From Thermoplasmata archaeon (GTDB lineage: Archaea; Thermoplasmatota; Thermoplasmata; RBG-16-68-12), in assembly GCA_035636595.1 (NCBI GenBank), contig DASPYU010000017.1, forward strand, positions 64,040 to 128,039: a DNA stretch of 64,000 nt, given 5' to 3'. This document shows, one piece after another, positions 28,885-37,430 of this stretch. Position 1 is the first letter of the stretch. Every line of letters begins with the position of its first letter. A program made the translations under genes and the position numbers. Under the pieces are notes generated by a model, which was not told the origin of the DNA, did no database searches, and saw only the letters and a list, made by a program, of their open reading frames with translations.

Positions 28885-28935
28885 CGGGCCTGCTGGGGTT
28901 CGAACCCAGGTCAGAGGCTCCGGAGGCCTCCGTCC
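28885..28935 (-). tRNA. 3' half of tRNA-Arg(CCG), positions ~22/26-73
   Basis: GGAC-G-GAGGC-CTCCGGA-GCCTC-TGAC-CTGGG-TTCGAAC-CCCAG-CAGGCCC-G; no 5' acceptor strand or D loop adjacent. Confidence 0.85.
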
Positions 28936-29030
28936 CACTCCCCGGAGCCATATGGATACTGCCGTTTTCGAGGCTGCGGAAGACGGTGTTGGGACCTTGG
29001 AATGCCCACGATCATGCCTGAGGGGAGGGA

Positions 29031-29777
29031 CTATTCAGTATCCCATCGATCTTTCGCAGCCCACCGAATCACGATGCCACCGTCTGGTAGCGCTTTGTTC
29101 CAGTGTCCAAACCGATTGAGGTCGCGGAGATCGGCCCGACCGATCAAGCCCTCCCCGATGAAAACGAACTCGTTCGCAAGCGGAAACTTTCCGTCGAGCA
29201 GGCGGTCGTATGACATGTCGGATGAATTCGTTTCATCGTCCATCCACCCGAAGTACGGCTTCACGTGGTTGTAGATGCTCTCCGCGAGCGCCAGGATTCG
29301 TTGCAAGTTCCGCTCGTGCGTTTCGTTCTTGCCGTACATAAGCACGAACTCTTGGAACATCGTGATGTTGATGCAGATGCGGCGACCTATCCTCGGATCT
29401 TCCACCGGGCCGAAGCGTAAGCAAATCTCGTTGGCCTCTTCCAGAAGGTCCCCTCCATGTTGAGATATCTTGTCGCGAACCTCCGGGTCGAACTCGAACG
29501 GGTAAGAGAAAATGAGTTGAACATCCGGCCATGCCACTTCCAGCCTAGCGGCGGCATTGGTTGCGAGTTCTTGCGCGCGCAGCAAGTCCAACACCCGGTC
29601 CTCTCTCGTCACGCGCTGGTGCATGTGGTCCTGCATTGTGTCCTGTGTCGTGAACAAGCGGACGCGCTTGTATCTGCAGCCTGAGTCCAACAGCGCGTGC
29701 ACTGATTCCGCGACTACGTTCGCCGATGACGCGAGCGCGGGGTCAACGTAGAATTCGATCCAGTAAAGCGCGGGCAT
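29031..29777 (-). CDS. Hypothetical protein, possibly immunity-protein-like
   Basis: 248 aa lower-GC ORF with SD GGAGT; no recognised catalytic motif. Confidence 0.6.
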   Translation of the reverse strand: MPALYWIEFYVDPALASSANVVAESVHALLDSGCRYKRVRLFTTQDTMQDHMHQRVTREDRVLDLLRAQELATNAAARLEVAWPDVQLIFSYPFEFDPEVRDKISQHGGDLLEEANEICLRFGPVEDPRIGRRICINITMFQEFVLMYGKNETHERNLQRILALAESIYNHVKPYFGWMDDETNSSDMSYDRLLDGKFPLANEFVFIGEGLIGRADLRDLNRFGHWNKALPDGGIVIRWAAKDRWDTE

Positions 29778-30077
29778 GACTCCATTCTAAATGTCCACGC
29801 GTCTCATAAAAGGAGGTATCTGTTCATCAAGCGGAGCCAAGTAGAGAGCACGGAGGTGATTTCGCCCTGCCCATCGTGTCCGGCAGCAAGCGGGTGGCAG
29901 TCTCCAGCTACCGCTCGGAGCAATGGCATGCAACCCGAGTCGGCGTGTATCGCCATCCAATCTACTGCCAGCTTCGTGGACTAATTATCACTCTGTTCGG
30001 AGCTTCGGCCCTTACCATTTTGAGGGCGGATTAATCGAGAGCGCCCTGACCAAGAGGTACCTGACGCCCCGAGGAAA

Positions 30078-30151
30078 CGCCCCCGTTGGGATTTGAACCC
30101 AAGTCCACAGGTCCGGAGCCTGTAAGTCTATCCAAACTAGCCTACGGGGGC
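30078..30151 (-). tRNA. tRNA-Arg(CCG), complete, with weak D stem
   Basis: GCCCCCG/CGGGGGC acceptor, ACAGG-CTCCGGA-CCTGT, TTGGG-TTCAAAT-CCCAA; TTTAAT box at 30174-30179. Confidence 0.85.
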
Positions 30152-30244
30152 GCGAGCCTGAATTGGGAGGGGGATTAAAGACCCTCGGGGGACCGCGCCC
30201 GCGGCCTGACCGCCCGTAGATGAGGAGGTCTGGCTCATGATACT

Positions 30245-30271
30245 GTCCTATCCAAGCTAGACGACAGGCCC
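30245..30271 (-). tRNA. 5' half of tRNA-Arg (positions 1-25)
   Basis: GGGCCTG-TC-GTCT-AGCTTGGATA-GGAC; GGGCCTG pairs 7/7 with CAGGCCC of the 28885 half; CTTAA box at 30298-30302. Confidence 0.8.
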
Positions 30272-30341
30272 TGGCGCCGCCGAAAGATTGCCGCGGGTTA
30301 AGGCTTTCCCTCCAAGGCCCAGACTCGACACACGTTTAGGC

Positions 30342-31097
30342 TCACGGCTGCGGAGGCGGTACGGTTTTCTTTCGGCGGGCTACCAAGATGATTGCCGCAA
30401 CAATCGCGAGGACCACCGGGACAATCGCGAGCCAGATCCAGCTCGGAAGGACGCCGGGACTTGGAGTCGGAGTCGGAGACGATCCTGGATTTCCGGGCAC
30501 TTCCCAGCCGAAGTCCTCGTACGTGTACGTCGGCCCGCGCTGGGTCGCCGTCGCATCGATGTTCCATGCGCTGATCGTTCCGAGGAGGGACTTCGCGACA
30601 TTGATCTGCAAGCGGTTCTGCACGGTCGGGTTCGGACCCGCCGATGTGATTGCGCTGTTGCCGCTGATGTTGATCGGATTGAAGCCGGTCGCGTTCGATG
30701 TGAGGACTGTCGAACCATTCACATACGTCACGACAAAGTGGCTCGTGTTGTCGGCGCGGGTGAAGAGGCGCATCCGGTACGACGTGTTGTCGAGGTTCGA
30801 GATGCTCCCCTTGACCTCAAGCGTCAAGGTGACGTTCGCGGATGCGTTCGCGGAACGAACCCAGAGGAGGTTGACGGTGTCCGGGAACGGACTCATCGTC
30901 AGGTTTCCGGTGGGCGAGGGCACCGGAGTCATGTTCAGGGTCCACAGCTTCACGACGTCGCTCGCCGGATCGCTATAGTTCAGGTAGAACGAGATTCCCG
31001 AAGGCATCGGCGCCACGGGAGCGGCGGAGACCGAGATGGCGGCGGCCGCAAGCGATACCAATCCCAGCGCGAGGAGGAACGTAGCAACGGCCTTCAT
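30342..31097 (-). CDS. Secreted, C-terminally anchored glycoprotein (paralog A)
   Basis: Signal peptide, NYSDPASDVV.LW, many N-x-S/T sequons, PT linker, TM and RRKK. Confidence 0.8.
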   Translation of the reverse strand: MKAVATFLLALGLVSLAAAAISVSAAPVAPMPSGISFYLNYSDPASDVVKLWTLNMTPVPSPTGNLTMSPFPDTVNLLWVRSANASANVTLTLEVKGSISNLDNTSYRMRLFTRADNTSHFVVTYVNGSTVLTSNATGFNPINISGNSAITSAGPNPTVQNRLQINVAKSLLGTISAWNIDATATQRGPTYTYEDFGWEVPGNPGSSPTPTPSPGVLPSWIWLAIVPVVLAIVAAIILVARRKKTVPPPQP

Positions 31098-31222
31098 GCC
31101 TTCCCGTGGAGGCGCCTCGGGAGTTAAGCCAAATTGAACGCTTATCGAAAGTTGAAATGAGGGCCGGAAGACCCGGAGGGCGACGAGCGAACGACTGCGA
31201 GGTGCTCGCGCCAATCCTCGCA

Positions 31223-31954
31223 CTATTTCGCGGGCGGCTCCCGCCCACTCCGCTGGTGACGGACCAGCACGAAGATGACCACCGCGATCGCGATGACGAC
31301 GGGCGCGACCGCCAGCCAGATCCAGTCCGGCAGAACGACTCCGAACTGGGATGCGGGCGGCCCAGATCCGGGACTCCCCGAGACGGCCCAGCCGTAGTCG
31401 CGATATGTGTACGTGAGGCCGCGCTGGGTCGCGGTCGCGTCGATGTCCCACGAGGTGATCGGCCCGAGCAGGGACTTCGCGACGGTGAGGACTAGGGTAT
31501 TCAGCAGCGCGGGGTTCGAGCCGGTCGACACGATCGCGCTGTTCCCGCTGATGTCCACCGGGTTGAACCCGGTCGCGTTCGACGTCAAGACCGTCGAGCC
31601 GTTGACGTAGGTGACAATGAAGTGACTCGTATTGTCCACCCGGGTGTAGAGCCGCATCTCGTACGTCGTGTTGTCGAGGTTTGCGATCGACCCCTTCACC
31701 TGGAAGGTCACGTTCACGCTCGCCGAAACGTTCGCGGATCGGATCCGGAGCAGGTTCACGCTGTCCGGGAACGGGGTCAGCGTCAGATTGCCATCCGGCT
31801 GCAGGACGGGCGTCATGTTACTCGTCCACAGTTGCACGACATCGCTCGCGGGGTCGCTGTAGTTCCGGTCGAACGACACGGTGGACGCGGCCCCCGGAAT
31901 CGCCGCGGAGGCGATTAGGGCGAGGAGGAGAAGACCTGCGGAAAAAGCCCTCAT
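31223..31954 (-). CDS. Secreted, C-terminally anchored glycoprotein (paralog B)
   Basis: Shares long identical blocks with paralog A, e.g. VTYVNGSTVLTSNATGFNP and IDATATQRG. Confidence 0.8.
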   Translation of the reverse strand: MRAFSAGLLLLALIASAAIPGAASTVSFDRNYSDPASDVVQLWTSNMTPVLQPDGNLTLTPFPDSVNLLRIRSANVSASVNVTFQVKGSIANLDNTTYEMRLYTRVDNTSHFIVTYVNGSTVLTSNATGFNPVDISGNSAIVSTGSNPALLNTLVLTVAKSLLGPITSWDIDATATQRGLTYTYRDYGWAVSGSPGSGPPASQFGVVLPDWIWLAVAPVVIAIAVVIFVLVRHQRSGREPPAK

Positions 31955-32030
31955 GACCTCCCTTTCCCCGTATTTCCAGCGGATAAGGAAGACGGGCCGA
32001 TTATCGGAAACCTGAATTGTGCGCTGATGC

Positions 32031-32216
32031 TCACTTCTTGGCGAATTCCGTGTAGCCGCAGCGGCCGCACGACATTCGGTCCGCGTGCTTCGCGAGGAAC
32101 ACCCCGGCGCCGCACTTCGGGCAGTTCGCGCGGTCCCGGAAGATGCGGGTCCCGTCGATCCGGTAGAATTTCCGCTTGAGGCCGGCGGTCCCCTTTTCTT
32201 TCTTCGCTTCCGCCAT
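32031..32216 (-). CDS. rps27ae: 30S ribosomal protein S27ae
   Basis: [26 protein letters not shown]. Confidence 0.95.
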   Translation of the reverse strand: MAEAKKEKGTAGLKRKFYRIDGTRIFRDRANCPKCGAGVFLAKHADRMSCGRCGYTEFAKK

Positions 32217-32755
32217 CACTTCGCCTCTTTCTTCTTGCCCTCGGCCTTCTTCTCCTTTGGCTCCGCCTTCTTCTCGTCCTTCTTTTCGTCTTTCTTCTCG
32301 GCGGGCTTCTTCTCGTCCTTCGCCGGCGTCTTCTCCGGCTTCGCCTCGTGCTTGGGCTCAGGCTTGGTCTCGGGCTTCGGCGGCTCGGCCTTCGGGGCGG
32401 CCGCGGGCTTCTCGGCCCTCGGCGCGGGTGCCGGCTTCTCCGGTTTCGCCGCGCCCTCCTTCTTGACCTCGGGTTCGATGAGTTTGTTGCGGACCAGGAT
32501 GTGCTTGCGCTCCACCGCGAGCGCCTCTTCTTTCGACCGGTACACCTTCGCGTAACCGTGGGTCTCGTACCGGCCGAACGTTGATGCCTGCGAGTCGATC
32601 ACGACGATGTCCTTGGTCGCCTTCAGCTCGCGTGCGAGGAACGCGCGCAGCGCGTCCCGGGTCGGCGTCGGCTCGGCTTTGTGCACCGCCTTGAACGTGA
32701 CCTCGACCCGCTTCAAGAGCGCGTTCTCTTTCCGCGCGAGGACCTGGAGTTCCAT
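32216..32755 (-). CDS. rps24e: 30S ribosomal protein S24e with long charged tail
   Basis: [25 protein letters not shown] and HILVRN. Confidence 0.93.
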   Translation of the reverse strand: MELQVLARKENALLKRVEVTFKAVHKAEPTPTRDALRAFLARELKATKDIVVIDSQASTFGRYETHGYAKVYRSKEEALAVERKHILVRNKLIEPEVKKEGAAKPEKPAPAPRAEKPAAAPKAEPPKPETKPEPKHEAKPEKTPAKDEKKPAEKKDEKKDEKKAEPKEKKAEGKKKEAK

Positions 32756-32758
32756 CGG

Positions 32759-33304
32759 TTACCGTTCCATGCGCCGGAGGATGTCGAGCACCTTCGATTT
32801 CGCCGTCGGGTCTGCCCGCACGACCACGACGCCCTGGGACGGCATGCCATACAACACGGCGGCCGAGTCGGGCGCGAGGGCGAGGCAGACCAGGGTGAGA
32901 AGGTCCTCTTCGCCCCGGACTTCGACGCGTACCCGCTCGTTCGATTTAAAGGCTTCGCCGAGTGCGCTCCATGCATCGGGCATGATCGTCGCGGCGGGAT
33001 TCGTGACGCGCAGCACCTTCGAGCCGATCCGTTGCAACGCCTCGCGGAGCTCCGGGTCCTCCTGGCGTTTCGTCTTGAAGTCGACGACGCAGATGTCCGG
33101 CGTGCGGCCGCGCGCGACGAGGTCGAGCGTGCAGAAATCCCCGACCGTCACGACGGGCGACGCGCGCCCGATCGTCGGCAGGATGTCCGGCCCGTGGACG
33201 AGCGGGCCCATCGGCCACCGGAGGAACTCGCGCAGCGAATCGGGAAGGCGCAACGTCCGGCCCGCGAACTCATCGAACGCGGAGCGCGAACTTCCCGTTG
33301 ACAT
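32759..33304 (-). CDS. GTP-dependent dephospho-CoA kinase (DUF359)
   Basis: VTVGD, VDFKTKR, NPAATI, GEEDLL and YGMP.QG; canonical position after spt4. Confidence 0.9.
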   Translation of the reverse strand: MSTGSSRSAFDEFAGRTLRLPDSLREFLRWPMGPLVHGPDILPTIGRASPVVTVGDFCTLDLVARGRTPDICVVDFKTKRQEDPELREALQRIGSKVLRVTNPAATIMPDAWSALGEAFKSNERVRVEVRGEEDLLTLVCLALAPDSAAVLYGMPSQGVVVVRADPTAKSKVLDILRRMER

Positions 33305-33461
33305 GGATGCCCATCTTCTTCGCGATCTCGGACCGCGGATGGTCCACGATGATCACGTAGCCCTGCCAGTCCTTCGAGGTCTCGCCGCCGCACAGGGGGC
33401 ACTTGTCCTCGTCCGTCACGTGACCGCAGTTCTTGCACGCCTTGGGGATCTTCACGACCAT
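33270..33461 (-). CDS. spt4: Transcription elongation factor Spt4 (RpoE'')
   Basis: KACKNC...CPLCG...W.GYVII.D...SEIAKK.GI...GKFALRVR. Confidence 0.95.
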   Translation of the reverse strand: MVVKIPKACKNCGHVTDEDKCPLCGGETSKDWQGYVIIVDHPRSEIAKKMGIHVNGKFALRVR

Positions 33462-33464
33462 GGC

Positions 33465-34043
33465 TCAGCCTTTCCTCTTCCTCACGCGGCCTTCCGCCCT
33501 TGCCCGGTCCTCTTCGATCCAGTCGAGCTTGCCGAGCGCCGGTTGGCGCATCGTCAGGCCGATCTTCGATTCGCGCGGGGCCCGTTCGTTCAGGGAGACG
33601 GCGACGATGCGGGTGCGGAGCTTGTCCCCGATCCGCAGGTCGCGCTTCGTGTCCTTGCCGATGAGCCGCTGGCCCTCCTCGTCGACGTCGACGCGATCGT
33701 CCATGACTTGGGAGATGTGCAGGAGGCCGTCCAGAGGACCGAATCGCACGAAGGCGCCGAACTTAAGGATTTCCACCACGGTGCCCTCGACGATCTCCTG
33801 GAGGGCCGGCGCGAAGACGAGGGCGTCGTACCGCACGCGCTGGTACACGGCGCCGTCCCCGTGGACGATCCGCCCTTCCCCCACGCGCTCGATGTTGCTC
33901 GCGACGAGGGTGAGGGTCTTGTCCGCGCCGATCTTGCCTTCGAGCGTCGTCCGGGTGAGCTCCCGCGCGACCGCGTCGATGTCCTCGCCGAGGCGTTCCG
34001 GCGGGATTCGGACGGTGTCCTCCCGCTGGACCCTCTGGTACAT
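33465..34043 (-). CDS. rpoE1: RNA polymerase subunit E' (Rpo7)
   Basis: VRIPPERLG, GDGAVY, FGAFVRFGPLDGLLHISQ and IGLTMRQP.LGK. Confidence 0.95.
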   Translation of the reverse strand: MYQRVQREDTVRIPPERLGEDIDAVARELTRTTLEGKIGADKTLTLVASNIERVGEGRIVHGDGAVYQRVRYDALVFAPALQEIVEGTVVEILKFGAFVRFGPLDGLLHISQVMDDRVDVDEEGQRLIGKDTKRDLRIGDKLRTRIVAVSLNERAPRESKIGLTMRQPALGKLDWIEEDRARAEGRVRKRKG

Positions 34044-34258
34044 GAGAACCGACCGGCGGCTGTACCGCTCCCCCGTATTTAGGGCTTTACGTGCCGCGCG
34101 TCCCCGCGCGGTCCGATGCGGCGATGACCGCACGCTCTCCGGATGGTCGGAGCGAGACCTGCCTCTAGGTTATTATGGCCATTGCGGCTTTACGGCATGG
34201 GTTGAGCGCGGTCCGGGCCCCACCGCCAATGTCACGGGGCCGAGGGAGGTGAGGGTTC

Positions 34259-35278
34259 GTGGGTCGTAACAACAGCGACCTGATCCTGTTCGTCGGGAAG
34301 CGCCTCCTGCAGCTGCTCCCGGTCGTCCTCGGCGTGATCGTGATCACGTTCTTTTTCACGCACGTCGCCGTCCAGAATCCTTGCGCGATCTGGGCGGGGC
34401 CGCACGCGACGCAGGACCAGATCCAGCAGTGCATCGTGCGCTTCGGCCTGGACCGGCCGCTGATCGACCAGTTCGGGACGTATCTGTCGAGCCTCGTCTC
34501 GGGCGACTGGGGGAACAGCCCCCGTGGCGTGCCCGTGCTCCTCTCGATCTCCTCGGCGTTCCCGGCGACCCTCGAGCTCGTCCTCGCCGCGCTCCTGATC
34601 ATGACGGTCATTGGGATCCCGCTGGGCGTCATCGCGGCGAACGGCTCCGGGCGATGGGCCGACCATTTGGTGCGGACCTTTTACTTGAGCGGCTGGGCGA
34701 CTCCGACGTACCTGGGAGGCGTCGTCCTCGCGATTGCGATCGGCCCCGCGCTCGGACTCCCGACGAAGGGCGACTTCACGAGCACCCCGACGTTCGCGAC
34801 GCCCACGCATATGTCCGTCCTCGATGCCCTCCTGGCGCTGAACTTCCCCGCCGTGGCCGACGCGATCGTCCACCTCATCCTGCCGGCGTCCTCCCTCGCC
34901 TTCCTCAATCTCGGCATCGCGACGCGCATGACTCGGACCTCCATGCTCGAGGTCCTCCCGCTGGACTTCGTCAAGACCGCGCGGATGAAGGGGCTCTCGG
35001 ACTTCCTCGTCCTCTACAAGCATGCCCTTCGGAATTCCCTCATCTCGACGACCACGATCTTGGGGCTCACCGCCGGCGTGCTGCTCTCGGGGACCGTCGT
35101 CATCGAGGAGATCTTTCAGTGGCCGGGGATCGGCGCGTACGCGTTCGACGCGATCACCGGGTACAATTTCAACGGCACGATCGCCGTGGTCATCGTCTTC
35201 GCGATCGCCGTCGTCGTCTCGAACCTGATCTCGGACGTCCTGTACGGCCTCCTCGATCCGCGGGTGGAGTGGCGGTAG
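34259..35278 (+). CDS. Peptide ABC transporter permease (DppB/OppB-like)
   Basis: GLDRPL..Q, FPATLEL, DFVKTARMKGL, KHALRN and LYGLLDPR. Confidence 0.92.
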   Translation: MGRNNSDLILFVGKRLLQLLPVVLGVIVITFFFTHVAVQNPCAIWAGPHATQDQIQQCIVRFGLDRPLIDQFGTYLSSLVSGDWGNSPRGVPVLLSISSAFPATLELVLAALLIMTVIGIPLGVIAANGSGRWADHLVRTFYLSGWATPTYLGGVVLAIAIGPALGLPTKGDFTSTPTFATPTHMSVLDALLALNFPAVADAIVHLILPASSLAFLNLGIATRMTRTSMLEVLPLDFVKTARMKGLSDFLVLYKHALRNSLISTTTILGLTAGVLLSGTVVIEEIFQWPGIGAYAFDAITGYNFNGTIAVVIVFAIAVVVSNLISDVLYGLLDPRVEWR

Positions 35279-36289
35279 ATGGCATCCAAGGACTCAGCGC
35301 AGCCTTCGACGCCGCGCGCCGACCCGCTGAAGGAGTTCCTTCGGAGTTTCTTTCGAGTCCTTCGGGCCAACCCGCTCACCCTGATCGGATTCGTGCTCGT
35401 CGTGATTATTTCTGTCACGGCCCTACTTGTGGTGGCGGTCCCCGCGGTGACGTCCCTCGTCCTGGGCCATCCCGTCCTCTTCACGCCGTATGATCCGAAC
35501 GGCCTCTCGACCGATTACGGCCAGCCGCCGTCGGGATCGCATCTCCTCGGGACCGACAATCTCGGACGCGACATGCTGTCCCGCATCCTCGCCGCGCTCC
35601 CCCTCGATTTGGCGATCGGGTTCGGGATCACGGGATTCGCCCTCCTGGTCGGATGTGGCCTCGGGCTCGTCGCGGGCTACTGGGACAAGCCGCGGACCCT
35701 CGGCGGGATCGTGAGCGTGATCATCCTCCGGGTCACCGACATCTTCCTCGCGTTCCCGTCGCTCGTCCTCGCGCTCGCGATCGCGGCCTCCCTCGGGCGG
35801 GGGACGGGCCCTTCGATGCTCGCGGTCCTCCTGACGTGGTGGCCGTATTACGTCCGCCTGACCCGGGGGGAAGTCCTCGCGATTAAGCACCAGCCGTACG
35901 TCGTCGCGGCGCGCGCCGCCGGCACGTCGGAGACTCGCATCCTCTTCCGGCACGTGCTCCGCAACCTCATCGAGCCGCTCCTCGTGTACTACACCTTGGA
36001 CATCGGCACGGTGATCGTGACGTTCTCGACGATCTCCTTCGTCGGCATCGGCGTGCCCCTGGACGTGCCGGAGTGGGGGACGATGGTGGAATCCTATGAG
36101 CGATTCCTGCTCACGCTCCCGTGGACCGTCCTCTCCGCGGGCGCCGCGATCTTCGTGACCGTCCTCGCCTTCAGCTTGTTCGGGGACGGCCTGCGCGACA
36201 TCCTCGATCCCCGGAGCCGCCGCGCCCTCGTGTCAGCGGCCCTTCCCACCACCCTGGCGGCGAAGGCCGCCGTCGCGACGGAAGCGTGA
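35279..36289 (+). CDS. Peptide ABC transporter permease (DppC/OppC-like)
   Basis: HLLGTDNLGRD, AFPSL, YVVAARAAG, PEWG and GDGLRDILDP. Confidence 0.92.
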   Translation: MASKDSAQPSTPRADPLKEFLRSFFRVLRANPLTLIGFVLVVIISVTALLVVAVPAVTSLVLGHPVLFTPYDPNGLSTDYGQPPSGSHLLGTDNLGRDMLSRILAALPLDLAIGFGITGFALLVGCGLGLVAGYWDKPRTLGGIVSVIILRVTDIFLAFPSLVLALAIAASLGRGTGPSMLAVLLTWWPYYVRLTRGEVLAIKHQPYVVAARAAGTSETRILFRHVLRNLIEPLLVYYTLDIGTVIVTFSTISFVGIGVPLDVPEWGTMVESYERFLLTLPWTVLSAGAAIFVTVLAFSLFGDGLRDILDPRSRRALVSAALPTTLAAKAAVATEA

Positions 36290-36293
36290 GGGC

Positions 36294-37430
36294 ATGGCCG
36301 AGCCGCTGCTCGACGTCCAGGGCCTCTCCATCGACTACGAGGCGGGCGCGGGGCGATTCCACGCGCTCACGGATGTGTCCCTCCAGCTGAACCCGGGTCG
36401 CGTCGTCGGGATCGTCGGCGAGACGGGATCCGGGAAGAGCACGCTGGCCCACGCGATCCCCCGTCTGCTCCCGGAGCCGCCGGCGCGAATCCGATCCGGC
36501 CGGATCGTCTTCCGCGGCCTGGACATCCTGCAACTCCCGAAGTGGAAACTCCCGCACCTCCGGGGGACCGGGATCGGGATGATCTTCCAGGAGCCGATCA
36601 ACTCCCTGAATCCGGCGTACCGGATCTTCGACCAGGTCGCCGAGGCGGTCACGGTCCGGAAGATGCGCGAGTCCGGCGAGGCACCCGCGTTGTTCCCGGT
36701 CACCGAGCCGCACGACTACTCGCGCGGTGCGCCGCCGGTGACGACCGGGGACGCGCTCCTCCACGCGGTCGTGCCGTCGCTCCCGCGGCGGTTGCGGTCC
36801 GCGTCGAGACAGGCGCTCATGAAGGAGGTCCTCGACTATCTCAACCTGGTGCGGATCAACGATCCGGAGACGATCCTCGATCTGTATCCGCACGAACTGT
36901 CCGGCGGCATGCGCCAGCGGATCATGATCGCCATGGCCCTGAGCGCGAAGCCGTCCCTCCTGATCGCCGACGAACCCACCAGTGCCCTGGACATCACGAT
37001 CCAGGCGCAGGTCCTCACGCTGATGAAGGAACTCATGGACGAGGTGCGCACCTCGATCCTGTTCATCAGCCACGACCTCGGCGTCATCGCGGAAATGGCC
37101 GATGACGTCGGCGTGCTCTACGCGGGCCACCTCGTGGAATTCGGGCCGGTCGAGGAGGTGTATGCGAACCCGCGACACCCGTACACGAAGTTGCTGATGC
37201 GTGCGATTCCGAACAGCCACAAAAGCGCCGGTCCGCTCCCGGCCTTGGCCGGCTCGGTGCCAAGCCTCGCGCGCGTCCCACCCGGCTGTCCGTTCCATCC
37301 CCGGTGTCCCCTGGCGAAGAACGTGTGCTCGTCGGATCCGGGCCCGGTCCTCGAGGCCGCGCCGGGCGCCTCGGTCCGTCGGCATCTGGCCGCATGCTAC
37401 TTCAGCGAGGAGGTCCCGAAGATGCCATGA
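36294..37430 (+). CDS. Peptide ABC transporter ATPase (DppD-like)
   Basis: GETGSGKST, YPHELSGGMRQR, IADEPT, HPYT and GCPFHPRC. Confidence 0.93.
   Translation: MAEPLLDVQGLSIDYEAGAGRFHALTDVSLQLNPGRVVGIVGETGSGKSTLAHAIPRLLPEPPARIRSGRIVFRGLDILQLPKWKLPHLRGTGIGMIFQEPINSLNPAYRIFDQVAEAVTVRKMRESGEAPALFPVTEPHDYSRGAPPVTTGDALLHAVVPSLPRRLRSASRQALMKEVLDYLNLVRINDPETILDLYPHELSGGMRQRIMIAMALSAKPSLLIADEPTSALDITIQAQVLTLMKELMDEVRTSILFISHDLGVIAEMADDVGVLYAGHLVEFGPVEEVYANPRHPYTKLLMRAIPNSHKSAGPLPALAGSVPSLARVPPGCPFHPRCPLAKNVCSSDPGPVLEAAPGASVRRHLAACYFSEEVPKMP

Larger units (their letters stand above)
28011..28906. mobile_element. Decayed integrative element bounded by tRNA-3'-end direct repeats
   Basis: att-like repeats at 28011-28036 and 28881-28906 enclose a zinc-finger ORF and an integrase remnant. 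Confidence 0.75.

Noticed and set aside
29780..30060. Possible toxin-gene remnant upstream of the orphan ORF
   Set aside because: The two minus-strand frames I translated showed no recognisable domain.
28936..30244. Group I or group II intron as explanation for the split tRNA
   Set aside because: No GUGYG...AY ends, no recognisable domain V or group I core, and no RT or homing-endonuclease motif; a covariance search would be needed to exclude it fully.
34110..34258. Possible riboswitch or C/D RNA (GGCGATGA plus hairpin) upstream of the ABC operon
   Set aside because: No matching D boxes or fluoride-riboswitch 3' consensus; GC-rich hairpins are expected by chance.
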